From Chiloscyllium plagiosum (taxonomy: Eukaryota), in assembly GCF_004010195.1 (NCBI RefSeq), contig NC_057718.1:7560787-7624786 (forward strand): 64,000 nucleotides of DNA, written 5' to 3'. Of this stretch, positions 36,380 through 48,405 are shown piece after piece. Below the pieces are notes generated by a model that saw nothing but the letters and a program-made list of their open reading frames with translations, searched no databases and was not told the origin of the DNA. Positions within the stretch are counted from its first letter, which is position 1; each line of letters opens with the position of its first letter. A program made the position numbers and the translations under genes.

Positions 36380-36720
36380 AAAAAACTGCATTTGCAAAGC
36401 ACCCTATTCACAACCCCAGAGCAGACAAAATGTGCTTTGCAGCGAAGGGAACACATTTGAAATGTCGTCACTGGTGTTGTGTGGGGGGCGCGGGAGCTGG
36501 AGGGGAGAAAAGAGGCCGCTATTTCAAGCACAGCAAGAGCTCACAACCAATGTGAGAGATTACCAAATTATTTGTATCTTTAGTGATGTTTATTGAGGGA
36601 TGCGCATTATTTAAGACAGTGGGGAATGGGAGTTTTTCACATCTAACTGAGAGGAGAGTTGAGGCCCCTCTGAAAGATGATTCTCATGTTATTTCTCCAA
36701 AGCCCTTCAGCTGGAGTATC
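36380..36720 (-). mobile_element. Deu-domain SINE
   Basis: Homologous to 5700-6030. Confidence 0.6.
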
Positions 36721-37010
36721 GTCAGTAAATCTTGAAGTATCTCATCAATGATGTGACACGAACTTAATCTAAGGAAGAGGATTTTGCCCTGTTACAGTGT
36801 GTACAGCCAACCAGCAGCCCACCCTGACAAAGTGCTTCAACTCTTGGTGGCTCTGGAACACTGTGTGTCCTCCCCTCACTGTCCCTTTCTTTGGTGAGCC
36901 TGCAAACCTGACACTTTTCCAACCTTCCCCCCACCCATCCCCATCCACGCCCACAAACTCTGGGAGCTCCTCCAGTCACACCTGCTGTGACCTTTTGGAT
37001 TCCTCCAACT

Positions 37011-37178
37011 AGGCAAAAGTGAGGACTGCAGATGCTGGAGATCAGAGTCAAGACCAGAGTGGTGCTGGAAAAGCACAGCAGGTCAGGCAGCATCCGAGGA
37101 GCAGGAAAATCGACGTTTCGGGCAGGAGCCCTTCATCAGGAATGGCCTGATGAAGGGCTTTTGCCTGAAATGTCGACC
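37011..37178. mobile_element. PLE-derived fold-back with back-to-back HHR motifs
   Basis: Perfect 11-bp TSD ttcctccaact at 37000-37010 and 37179-37189. HHR cores lie at 37111-37140 (-) and 37146-37175 (+). Confidence 0.85.
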
Positions 37179-37414
37179 TTCCTCCAACTCTAGCCTCTAC
37201 ATGTCCCAGATTCTGATACAAACATTAGTGATGGAGCTGCCTTCAGCTGCCCTATTTCCTCCCTAACCCTTCTGGGTCTCTGCCTCACCCTTCCTCCTTT
37301 TAAGGCACGCCTTCTAAACTTACCTCGGTGTTGTGTATTCTCAGTTTGTGCTGTTTGATGTCAGATTTTGTGTCAGAACACACCTTGAGACATTTAAAGT
37401 GGGATAGGAGGAGA

Positions 37415-38325
37415 GTGACAACCAAGCGGTATAATCGCTAGACTATTAATCCAAAAACTCCGCTAATGTTCCAGGGAGCTGAGTTTGAATCCCACCAGAA
37501 TAGAGGGTGAAATTTTTACCCAATAATTAAAAAGAAAAATCTGGAATTGAGAATCTCTTGGTGACCGTGAATCCAGTGTCAGAAAATAAAAACCCAATCT
37601 GGCTCACTGATGTCCTTCAGGGGAAGAAATCTACCACTTTCACCTGGTCTGGCCTACACATGACTCCAGCCCCACGGCCTTGTGGCTCGGTTGTTTCAAT
37701 CACTACGATGTCTCAACAAAGCAATGAAACCGGAAAAGACAACGGCAGAAACAGCCCTGTCGACCCCGCAAAGCCCTCCTCACTAACATCTGGGGGCGAG
37801 CGCCAACATGGGGAGAGCTGTCTCACAGACTAGCCGAGGAACAGCCTGATTTCGTTGCACTCTCGGACTCCTACCTCACCTACAGTGTCCCAGATTCCCA
37901 CCATCACCATCCCTGGATAGATCCTGTCCCACAGATAGGACTGACCCAGCAGAGATGGCGCACAGCAGTATACCAACATGAGAATCGAGAGTGTGGTGCT
38001 GGAAAAGCACAACAGGTCAGGCAGCATCTGAGGACAAGAAGAATCGACATTTTGGGCATAGACCTTTCATGATGCTATGCCCGAAATGTTGATTTTCCGG
38101 CTCCTTGGATGATGCCTGACCTGCTGTGCTTTTCCAGCACCACTTTCTCTACTCTGATCTCCGGTGTCAGCAGTCCTCACTTTCTCCAACCTGATGAAAC
38201 AGTACCAAACAGTGTCAGCAGCAAGTGTCAGGCAGAGCTAAGCAATCCCACAACCAGTGGATCAGATCTCAGATCTCCAGTCCTGCCACATCCAGCCGTG
38301 AATGGTGTTGGATGATTAACCACAA
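37415..38325 (+). mobile_element. LINE 5' region: SINE-Z-like head followed by an APE endonuclease N-terminus
   Basis: 37415-37690 matches SINE-Z. It is followed by frameshifted LLTNIWG/GELSHRLAEEQPDFVALSDSYL..TITIPG..DR..G..AVY, and later SHNQWIRSQISSPATSSREWCW. Confidence 0.7.
37981..38185. mobile_element. PLE-derived fold-back
   Basis: Long inverted arms gtggtgctggaaaagcacaacaggtcaggca and tgcctgacctgctgtgcttttccagcaccac. Imperfect TSD ccaac(a/c)tga. Confidence 0.8.
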
Positions 38326-38357
38326 CTGCTCTAATGTGCTCCCCCCTCATGTTAGAC

Positions 38358-38660
38358 ATGGGCAGCATGGTGGCTCAGTGGTTAGCACTGCTGCCTCAAC
38401 TCCAAGGACCCGGGTTCAATTCCTGCCTCAGGCAACTGTCTGTTTGGACGTTACCCATTCTCCGCGTGGGTTTCCTCCAGGTGCTCCGGTTTCCTCCCAC
38501 AGTCCAAAAATGTGCAGGTTAGGTGAATTGGCCATGCCAAATTGCCCGTAGTGTTAGATGTAGGGGAATGGGTCTGGGTGGGTTGCTCTTTGGAGGGTCG
38601 GTGTGGACTGGTTGGGCCGAAGGGCCTGTTTCCACACTGTAGGGAATCTAATCTAATCTC
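38358..38660 (+). mobile_element. HE1-like SINE
   Basis: A and B boxes with a (tctaa)n tail. Confidence 0.9.
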
Positions 38661-39134
38661 TACTCCCTGAACAGCAGAAATAGCTTCTCCAAGTCTGCAC
38701 TGTCTATCTCCCTCAATATGTTCCAAAGCTTCAGTCAAATAACTCTGTCAAGTTATACATTTTGCTCTGCGTAATCACTCCGTGGGAATTTTACTGGTAA
38801 ACTTGAGACTACCCTCTCTCCAAGGCCAGTGCGTGAATGATGGGACAGCTATCCTGAGAGAACTCCAGCATTAGAGGGGAACAGAGAGAGGTTTTTTCAT
38901 TGCACTTCCCAGTGTCGAGGAATTCCACAAAAGGCTGTCACTGCAGTCATACGGGGAAACCCGGGCAGCCAATCTGTGTACAGCAAGATCCCACAGAACG
39001 TTTTCAAATAACGAGCAACCCATTGTTCTACTTTGAGGGACTGTTCAAAGACTGTTCGGGAGAGGGCACTGGGGAAAATAACCTGGCTGCTTTTTTTTGT
39101 TTTGCAATTGTGTCATGTGACATTGCAACACAGA

Positions 39135-39848
39135 TGATAGGAGTAGGCCATTCAGCCCCATTCAATATAATCATGGCTGACCATCGAGCTCAATATCCTA
39201 ACCCCGCCCTCCTCTCATATCCCATCATCCCTTAAGCCACAGGAGCTGTATCTACCACCTCCTTGAAAACAATGCTTTGGTCTCAACCACTCTCTCTGTG
39301 GCAGTGAATCCCACAGGCTCCCCACTGTCTGGGTGAAGACCATTCTCCTTATCTCAGTCCTAAAAAGTTTACCCCTTATCCTTAAACTGTGATCCTGGTT
39401 CTGGGACTCCCCTGCCATCAGGAACATCCTTCCTGCATCCAACCTGTCTAATCCTGTTACAATTTTATAGATTTTTATGACATGCCACCCATTCTTCTAA
39501 TCTTCAGTGAATACAATGATATCTGACTCAATTTCTCATCATACTTTAGTCCTGCCATTCCAGGAATCAATTTGGTAAACCCTTGCTGCACTCCCTCTCT
39601 AGCCAGAACATCCTCTGATAAGGAGACCAAAACTGCACGCAGTATTCCAGGTGTGGCCTCACCAATGTACCCGTCCAAAAATGTGCAGGTCAGGTGAATT
39701 GGCCATGCTAAATTGCACTGTAGTGTTAGGTGCATTAGTCAGGGGTAAAGGTAAGGGAGTGGGTCCGGGTGGGTTGCTCTTCAGAGGGTTGGTGTGGACT
39801 CGTTGGGCTGAAGGGCCTGTTTCCACCCTGTAGGGAATCTAATCTAAT
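39135..39848. mobile_element. CR1 fragment (minus, ~39135-39667) abutting the 3' half of an HE1-like SINE (plus, ~39668-39848)
   Basis: Minus peptide HSLRIRGKLFRTEIRR..SLWDSLPQ, then an HE1 tail gggctgaagggcctgtttcc..(tctaa)n. Confidence 0.8.
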
Positions 39849-41049
39849 CCTGAGGGTGAAAAGGAAGATTTTCAAGACCTCATTCAGAAGAGAATCCTTG
39901 CAAAAGTCCAGGAGCCCCTGCAGCACTGAACTGACTGATGTGTCCCTGCTCAGGCTCAATATGGGGCTTTTGAACTATGAAGGCCAAGATAACATGGTTA
40001 CATTGAGACTAATGCACTTTACACAGCACCGACTCTGGCTTTATAATGACATCCATTAATCAATTGTGCTTGTGGCTCATCATTTCATTGGCATCCCAAA
40101 CAGAATTACCATCTTGCTGCTCCGTCCTAACTGCGTTGTCATTCAATAAACAAATTATTGCCATCGTTCCTGTAACGAAAGCAGAGATTCCCGTAAAATG
40201 AGCATTCTGAGTGTGTGAAGATACAGCCAGATAGTGCTGATACTCAGCAGGTGCTGACAGTAACCACAGAGAGAGGAACACAGTTAACTGTTAACCTTCG
40301 GAATTCTGACCTTTTCTGACCAAACTGGGAAATTTTCAATCAAAAGAACAAGGGAGACATTTTGTCTCAGGGCTCACACATTTCATTAATTCTTGTTTCT
40401 CCCAGCGCAGATGCTGCGAGACTTGGTGACTTCAGCATTAACTGGTTTTGTTAATCTGTAGGTTTCCTAGTAGTTTGGCCCTTTTTTTTTTCAGATGAAT
40501 TTTAGGAAAGCTTTTCTCTTCCTGATAATTTGGAGGAGCTGGTAACATGTTGGCTTTACAGGAATTACAACCTTTGAAAGATATTTGGATAGGTACATGG
40601 ATAGGAAAGGTTTAGGTAAATGGGAGTGGTTCAGTTTCGGAAACCTGGTCAGCATGGATGAGATGGGTCGAAGGGTCTGTTTCCATGACGCTCGGACTTT
40701 CAGGTTCGCTAACATCCTTTAGAGAAGGAAATCTGCCATCCTTAGTTGGTCTGGCCTATACATGACTCCAGACCCACAACAAATTAGGCTGATTGTTGAA
40801 AATGGTACAAGTAAGCCATTCAGTTAAAGGGGCAAATAGAGATGGGTAATAAATGTTGACCTTTGCCAGCAATGTTCACATTCCGTTAGCGAATGCATTG
40901 ACTAAGCACCCATGTTCAAATCTTGCAAATCTCTTTGTGGTTATTATTAGAGGCAGTACAAGTCAGTCTCTGTATCTCTAGGTTAGGAGGGGCAGGAATT
41001 CATGACTACCTGCTGATTGCTGTTATTTTAATCAGATCAAGTAACCCCC

Positions 41050-41450
41050 ATTCTCAAACACTCACCCCCACCAACCTTCCGCAGCAGCAGTGTGCACTAT
41101 GTACAAGATGCACTGCAGAAATTCACCAAATATCCTTGGACAGCACCTTCCAAACCCACAACCACTTCCCTCTAGAAGGACAAGGGCAGCAGATACATGG
41201 GGAACACCATCCCCTTGCAAGTTCCCCTCCAAGACACTCCCCATCCTGACTTGGCAATACATCGCCATTCCTTCACTGTGGCTGCTTCAAAATCCTGGAA
41301 TTCCCTCCCTAAGGGCATTGTGACTCTAACTACTATGAAGGATCAAGAAAGCAGCTCACCATCGCCTCCTCAAGGCCAGTTATGGACAGGCAGTAAATTC
41401 TGGCCCAGCCAGCAATGCCCATGTCCCATAAATTAATGTTAAAGAAAAAT
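41050..41450 (+). mobile_element. LINE-Z 3' end
   Basis: Homologous to 7680-8035. Confidence 0.8.
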
Positions 41451-42294
41451 GCCACGTGATAAGGGTATCAAAGTGGCATTAAATTCCCATGGTTGGGTCC
41501 ATTGATCAATTGAATGTTGGAGTATACTCCATCGGCCGAAAGGTCTACTATTTCCTACATCCTTTTGATGTAGGGTGTGGGTGTAAACATGTACACGTAA
41601 ACATACATAGAATTGCTGTCAAGGTAGGTTTAGGTTCTGCCACATGACGGAGTGAATGAAGCTGCGTAGTTGAGATACCAGGGGGTGACGTGCCCGACCC
41701 TGTGACCTTCGAGGAAGCACAGAAGAAGAGAATTAAATAGTATGTTCCCATGTTTCTGCCTCACACACCCAGCCCCCCGGGAGGTGAGAAGGTGACACTT
41801 GTTCAGGCTACGCACATTTTGAAATCCCGATTGGCTCAGCTAACAAGAAGGGACAAGTAGAGACCAAGTCTTAATCCAGGGGTGTGCCTAATGGCACCAC
41901 TCTCTGCTCTGAGTTATTCCTTCCCATCAATGACAAAAATGAGTAAGTCAACAGCAGAATGTGGTTTGAGTGTTGCACACGTGAGAGAATCTTTGTGTAA
42001 AAGATGATTGCCGTACACTAGCTTGATTAATTATTGTCACACACCAAGATGCAGCGAAAAAGTTTGTCTAAATGCTGGCAGATTGTACCATATAAACTAC
42101 ATCAGGGTAGCAGAACAGAGGGCAGAACACAGTGTTACAGCTGCAGAAAAGGTGCAGCAGAGGTGAAGTTTATTTTAAAGTTTTTTTTTATTTTCTCTCT
42201 CTCTCATGAGTCGGAAAGTGAGATTCGATTTGCCAGTTGGTTACATTACTTTGTAATGCATTTTGGGACAATCTACAAGAGCACTAAGTCAATG

Positions 42295-42830
42295 CTCTGT
42301 CAGCTATGACTCAGTTGGTTGCAAACTTGCCTCTGAGCCAAACCTCATTGCAACAACCCCATTCCAGAGACAAGAACACAAAGTCTTAGGTGGGTGTCCC
42401 ACTGTAACACCGAGGGACTGCTGTGTAGTTGGGAGGTGCTGCCTTTCTCGTGAATTGCTCTCTGCTGTCTCACACCTGGATGAAATGGATCCTGAGAGAG
42501 ATGACGCTGTCTGCTTTGAAGAGGAGCTGGGGGGGACTGCTGTGTAGTTGGGAGGTGCTGTCTTTCTCGTGAATTGCTCTCTGCTGTCTCACACCTGGAT
42601 GAAATGGATCCTGAGAGAGATGTCGCTGTCTGCTTTGAAGAGGAGCTGGGGTGTTCCCCTTGTGTGTTGAGGCCAATATTTACTCCTCAATCTATGAGTG
42701 CACAATCATCCTCTGCACAAGTTGCGTTTCCGAAATTGCAACAGGGACTACTGTAGCACTTCAGTGGCTGTGAGACAGACCCAATGTTGTGAATATTGTA
42801 ATGTAAATCCAACTCTCTGTGCAATCTCTT
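42295..42830 (+). mobile_element. Deu-type SINE with an internal 119-bp tandem duplication
   Basis: Head gctatgactcagttgg. Duplicated units at ~42414-42532 and ~42533-42651. Confidence 0.7.
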
Positions 42831-43039
42831 TCATGCCATTTCTAACAGTCTCTCTTTTCCCTACCCACCCCAACCTCTACCACGAGGCCTTGCTTACCTA
42901 TAGTCTTTACTATCCCAGTTCCCATGTTGGCTGGTTTCCCATGTTCTAACCTCCATAAACCTGAGGTCATCCAGAACTCTGGCATCCGTGTATTAGCTTA
43001 CAGCAAGTTCTGTCCCCCTGCAATCCAAGCCCAATTAAG

Positions 43040-43392
43040 AGGGAGTTGATGGCATAGTGGTTTTATCATGACACTGGTTAATCTAGAGACCCAAATGACA
43101 TTCCAGGTCCAAATCCTGCCACGGCAGATGGTGTAATTTGAACTCAGTGAAATCTAGGAGTAAGAGTCTAATGATGAATGTGAATCCATTTTGATTATTG
43201 GGAAAATCCCGTCTGATTCACTAATGCCCTTTCGGGAAGGAAACTGCCATCCTTACCTGGTCTGGCCTAATGTGACTCCAGACCCACAGCAATATGGCTG
43301 ACTCTTGACTGTTCTCTGGGCAATTAGGGATGGGCAATAAATGCTGGCCTGGCCAGGTATGCCCTTATTCTGTGAATGTATTTAAAAAAAAA
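43040..43392 (+). mobile_element. SINE-Z, full length
   Basis: tggcatagtgg head, ggtccaaatcc B-box-like motif, central gggaaggaaactgccatccttacctggtctggcct, LINE-Z tail and poly(A). Confidence 0.8.
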
Positions 43393-43714
43393 CTAACTTT
43401 TTGTTCTTCCTTTCAAATGGCTCCAAGACATGGCACCGATCTCTGTGATCCCCTCCAACACCACAACCCTGTGATTCTTGCCTCTAGTGCACCTTATTAA
43501 CATAGCTCTGCCATTTTTGCCAATGCCTTCAGTAGCCAAGACCTCCAGCTCTGCAATTCCCCTCCCTGTCTGCCTTTGGACCCCTCTACTTGACTTTCCT
43601 CCTTTTTTAAAACCCTCCTTAAAGCTGTCCTCCCTGACCGAGCCAGTATCTCTTTGATATTCTGTGGGACGCTTCACTTGTGGCGCTATATAAATAGAAG
43701 TTGTCGTTCACCCT

Positions 43715-44080
43715 TACTTCTTGTCAGCAGTCCCTTGAAGACCTCCTTCCTCTTTTAGGGTGAGTCTGTACGTGGCTGTACAGACTGATGGGGCTACCGC
43801 TGGCCCTGTTACACTGGGAAGGGATGGCTGGGGCGTTGGTGGGGCAGCGTGTTCCTTACGCCATCTGTGCCTGGCTTCCACCTTTTCCTGACAGCACGTC
43901 TTGAGGTGTTTGACTACTTCTGGGATGCACTTCCTCCTCTTTGGACGGTCTTGGGCCAGTGATTCCCAGGTGTTGGTGGGAATGCTGCACTTCACCAGTG
44001 AGGCCTTGAGGGTATCCCTGAGGCACTTCCCCTGCGGCTGGCCTGCTGGGAATAGAGCACCCAGCTTGACTTAGAACATG
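43715..44080 (-). mobile_element. RTE-clade LINE 3' fragment
   Basis: Minus strand GKCLRDTLKASLVKCSIPTNTWESLAQDRPKRRKCI matches the RTE C-terminal KDTLK..WE..A.DR..WR pattern. Confidence 0.7.
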
Positions 44081-44286
44081 CTCTGAACTATATGAACTCT
44101 CATTTCAAAGGAGGAGGCGTGAGGTCAGCTTACAATACTGCCCCACTCCGTTTTTGAGACTCCAGCCCTGGCAATCACTTCACAAAACCCCCTTTTTGTA
44201 AAATAACTTAACAGTGGTTGACATGCACATTTATGGAGAGTACCCACTTGCAGTGCTCTGTTTACGAGACTTAACCTTGTTCCAGG

Positions 44287-44465
44287 TGAAAATGAGGACT
44301 GCAGATGCTGGAGATCACAGTCAAAAAGTGTGGCGCTGGAAGAGCATCCCTTCTCTCTCACCTCCAAAATTCTTGATGAAGGGCTTATGCCCGAAACATT
44401 GATTCTCCTGCTCCTCGGATGCTGCCTGGCCTGCTGTGCTTTTCCAGCGCCACACTTTTTGACTT
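44287..44465. mobile_element. PLE-derived fold-back with a plus-strand HHR-like motif
   Basis: Perfect 23-bp inverted repeat agtcaaaaagtgtggcgctggaa / ttccagcgccacactttttgact, and core tTGATGA-a-gggc-ttat-gccc-GAAAC. Confidence 0.8.
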
Positions 44466-44585
44466 TACCTTTGTCCCAGTGTACAGAGTTCACTATAATG
44501 TCATACAAGACCAGGGTCTCAGAGTCAATCAATTAATTTGTAATATGAAGCATACAATTGGCAAATTCAAAAAACCTTGCCCCAT

Positions 44586-44940
44586 AGAGTCATTGAGGTG
44601 TACAGCATGGAAACAGACCCTTCGGTCCAACCTGTCCATGCCGACCAGATATCCCAACCCAATCTAGTCCCACCTGCCAGCACCCGGCCCATATCCCTCC
44701 AAACCCTTCCTATTCATATACCCATCCAAATGCCTCTTAAATGTTACAATTGTACCAGCCTCCACCACTTCCTCTGGCAGCTCATTCCATACACGTACCA
44801 CCCTCTGTGTGAAAAAGTTGCCACTTAGGTCTCTTTTATATCTTTCTCCTCTCACCCTAAACCTATGCCCTCTAGTTCTGGACTCCCCGACCCCAGGGAA
44901 AAGACTTTGTCTGTTTATCCTATCCATGCTCCTCGTAATT
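44586..44940 (-). mobile_element. HER1-like LINE 3' end (little diverged)
   Basis: SMDRINRQSLFPGVGESRTRGHRFRVRGERYKRDL..WNELPEEVVEAG. Confidence 0.9.
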
Positions 44941-46084
44941 GTCATGGTTTTAATAAGAATTGATGGGGGGTTAATTGCCTTGATGGAATAGAGGTTTAAT
45001 GATAACAAGGGTTGGTAGAGTGTATAGAGACGGTTTGTTCAAATTATGATGAATAAGGAGAAATTGAATGGAACTATCAGAATCAATCACCAATGGACAT
45101 TGGCTTCAAGATTATAGATAAATGAGCAAAAGTGTAAAGGGGGAGACCTTTAATTCTGCAAGCTGGGATGATGTGGAACGCGTTGCCAGAGAGGGTGGTG
45201 GAAGCAGATTTAAGCTGATTTAACTTTCAAAAATGAAATTAGGTATGTTCTTGGAAAAGGAATTAAAGCTGTTGGGAAGGAACTGGGAGGAGATGGGTTG
45301 AATGGCAGTCTCCTATGCTGTAAGATTCAGAGATTGAAGGTAACACCCCCCCGCCCCCCCCGAATCCTGTCCCTCCCCTGTGCAGTCATCATATCTTAAA
45401 GATAGTGGAATCTACCTGTAGCAAGACACAGAGCAATGATGACAATCAGGGTCACTCACCATTTGGGGCTGCCCTGGGGTTTGATCTCCTGGACACTGCT
45501 GTAAACAAGCTAGTGAGGAAGCCTTATGGAGGCAGTGAGAGAGGCCATTCAGCCTATGGAGTCCATGCCAGCTCAGTCCAGTCTATCCAGATCCCATTCT
45601 GTGCTGGCTTTCCTGTTCTTTGGTCGCTTGTTCCTCATTAATTACGAATCATGTTCAATGAAATGATGGTTGAAAATGGTCCAACCAGAAATACGAGGTT
45701 TACCATTGACAGTGGAAGGTAGTGAGTCACTGGAATGGACATAGCAGCTGAATAATACCAGGTGATTGTAGGTGAGGGGGGGTGGTTCATGTGATGAAGG
45801 GCCTGGTCATTGGAGGAGAGAAGTCACATCAGAAAGGGTGTGGTGATTGGAGGAAAAAGCATTGTAAGTCTGTGAGAAATAGGAACAGGAGTAGGTCATT
45901 CAGCCCCTCAAGCCTGATCCGCCATTTAATAGTTGATCCAACATTCTTTGCATCCACTTTCCTGCCTTGATTTCCCAACTGATGAAGAATCTATCTCTCT
46001 CAGCCTTAAATACACACAAGGACTCTGTCCCCACAGACAAGACATTCCTAAGACTCCCAACCCTCTCAGAAAAAGATTGTGAAG

Positions 46085-46432
46085 ATTGAGTCATTGAATC
46101 CCTACAGTGTGGAAATAGGCCATTTGGCCTGACAAATCCACACCGACCCTTCGAAGAGTATCCCACCCAGATCCATTCTTCTACCCTGTTACTCCATGTT
46201 TCCCCTGAATGATGTACCTAACTTACACATCCCTGAACACAACGGGCAATTTAGCATGGCCAATTCACCTGACCTGCACATCTTTGGACTGTGGGAGGAA
46301 ACTGGAGGAAACCCACACAGACACGGGGAGAGTGTGCAAACTCCACATGGACAGTCGCCCGAGGCTGGAATTGAACCTGGGTCCCTGGCGTTGTGAGGCA
46401 GCAGTGCTAACCATTGAGCCACCATGCCGCCC
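46085..46432 (-). mobile_element. HE1-like SINE nested in a minus-strand CR1 fragment (~45875-46560)
   Basis: Reverse complement of 21786-22092, with CR1 sequence on both flanks. Confidence 0.85.
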
Positions 46433-47964
46433 CATCTCAGTGAGAAGCTGTCGCCCCTTTCTTCTGAGACGATCGCCTCTGGTTCTCGACTCTCCTATGA
46501 GAGGAAAACATCCTCTCAGCATTGGCCCTGTCAAACCCCTTAAGGATCCAATATTTCATGATGAAGTTTCTTTTTATTCATTGGACAAGAGTGTCACTGA
46601 CTAGACCAGCATTTATTCACCAGAGGGCAGTTAATAAGCAACCCCATTGTTGGAGGTCTGGACTCACAGGGAGGTTTTTATTGAATTCAAATTGTGGCTG
46701 CGTTTGTACCTGCCCTCCCAGAACATTCCCAGGTCTCGCTGGAATAACAATCCAGCGATAATACCACTAGGCCGCTGGTGCTTGGAGGAGAGCAGTTGTG
46801 AGAAAGGGTGTGTTGACTTGGAGGATTTGGGGACACATGGTGAAACCTCTGGGAACATGGCGATGGAATATTGACACCAACCTGTGGTAATAGAGGATGT
46901 GTAACACAGTGGGGAGCGTCCCTGCCTCCGAGGTAGAACCTCTTGGCTTGAGTCCTACCCCAGGCCTTGATAGTCAGGGCAGGTGCATTTTGAAACACTA
47001 TAAAACATAAGAGCTGAGGCAAGCCATTCAGCCCATCGAGTCGTCAGCCACACAGGTCGACTGTCAAATGCTTCCAGTCGGGCTGGGTGGAGTTCTGGGT
47101 AAGCAATGCTTGATGTTGAGTGCTTCAAGATATAGCTTTTGGCTTCTGACAAGTCAACTTTTCCCGGGGGCAAGAAATGGGAACGTGCTGCAGGAAGAGA
47201 CATCAGCATGTGCTTTATCTGTCTGATGGAACTGTGGGTGTGGGCAGTCTTCAGAATCTAAGCTCTTAGACTGCAGTGAGTCAGCTGATCGAGGGCGTTT
47301 TATTGTGTAATGACAGAATCTGTGCCTGTGCGATCGGGCACTGACGACATGTATTTGTGTTATTTATAGAACTTTGAGGTAATATGAAGCCTTTAAGTTC
47401 AAAGATCACGTCAGCTGAATGGAAGGCTCAGCAGATTCAGTGTGCACGTGCGAGTTGTGGTGTTCTGAAGCAAACTTTTTACTTTCCACTTCCTTACCAA
47501 ACCAATGTCACTTGCGGCATGAAAAATGGAAATTTCCTTCCATCTCCAAAAAAACTAATGCGTTACAGGGTCTCAGAATGTTATGTAAAAAGTTCCTGTC
47601 CCTTCCTCATTTTGATTTCAGATGATCAAGTGTGACTATTTTCTTAACCCTTTTTCTCTCTCCTCGCATATTGTGTAATCTGATGATGTAACGAATCTTC
47701 AACACTGGCACTGGTTCAGAGTGACATAAACCATCCTCTAGCTCCATGCTTTAATCAGATCCCCCTATCCCAGAGCCAGGACCATGGGCTAGAGTTTCAA
47801 TGATAATTTATCATTCAGAAATGCCTTTATCTTAATCGCAGAAACAAAACCTCCAAGGTGTCTCATGTTTAAAAAGTAAAACATGACACCAAAGGCTGGG
47901 TGAGAGAGGAGTGAGAGTGGGGCAGAACGGCTGCCTCCTCTTTCTGCACCACCATTGTGAAGGA

Positions 47965-48070
47965 ATGATGTGGAGTCTCTGGTGTTGGACTGGGGTGGAC
48001 AAAGTTAAAAATCACACAGCACCAGCTTATAGTCCCAACAGGTTTACCTGGTGTTGTGTGGTTTTTAACA
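47965..48070. mobile_element. Fold-back copy of the 29990-30115 repeat
   Basis: gttaaaaatcacacagcaccag is inverse to ctggtgttgtgtggtttttaac. Confidence 0.65.
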
Positions 48071-48281
48071 TGGTGATAGAAGCAACTGGATAATCCTGAC
48101 ACTCAGTGTATTCGACACACACATCAATGCTTTCTGATTTGGTAAAGCTCCTTTTTGTTTACTCTTTATCACCCTGGTGGTTGCATGCTACACAGATGTC
48201 AGTTTGTTTATCGACAAGGGAGTCAAGCGACTATGGGGCAGGGGGGTGGTGGGGGGGAAGACAGGACAAGAACACAACAAG

Positions 48282-48405
48282 GCAAAAGTGAGGACTGCAG
48301 ATGCTGGAAACCAGAGTTGAGATCAGAGTGGTGCTGGAAAAGCACAGTAGGTCAGGCAGCATCCGAGGAGCAGGAAAATCAATGTTTCGGGCAAAAGCCC
48401 TTCAT
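48282..48405 (-). mobile_element. Solo PLE terminal repeat with HHR-like motif
   Basis: TSD-like 15-mers caagaacacaacaag (48267-48281) and caagaatacatcaag (48406-48420). Confidence 0.8.
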
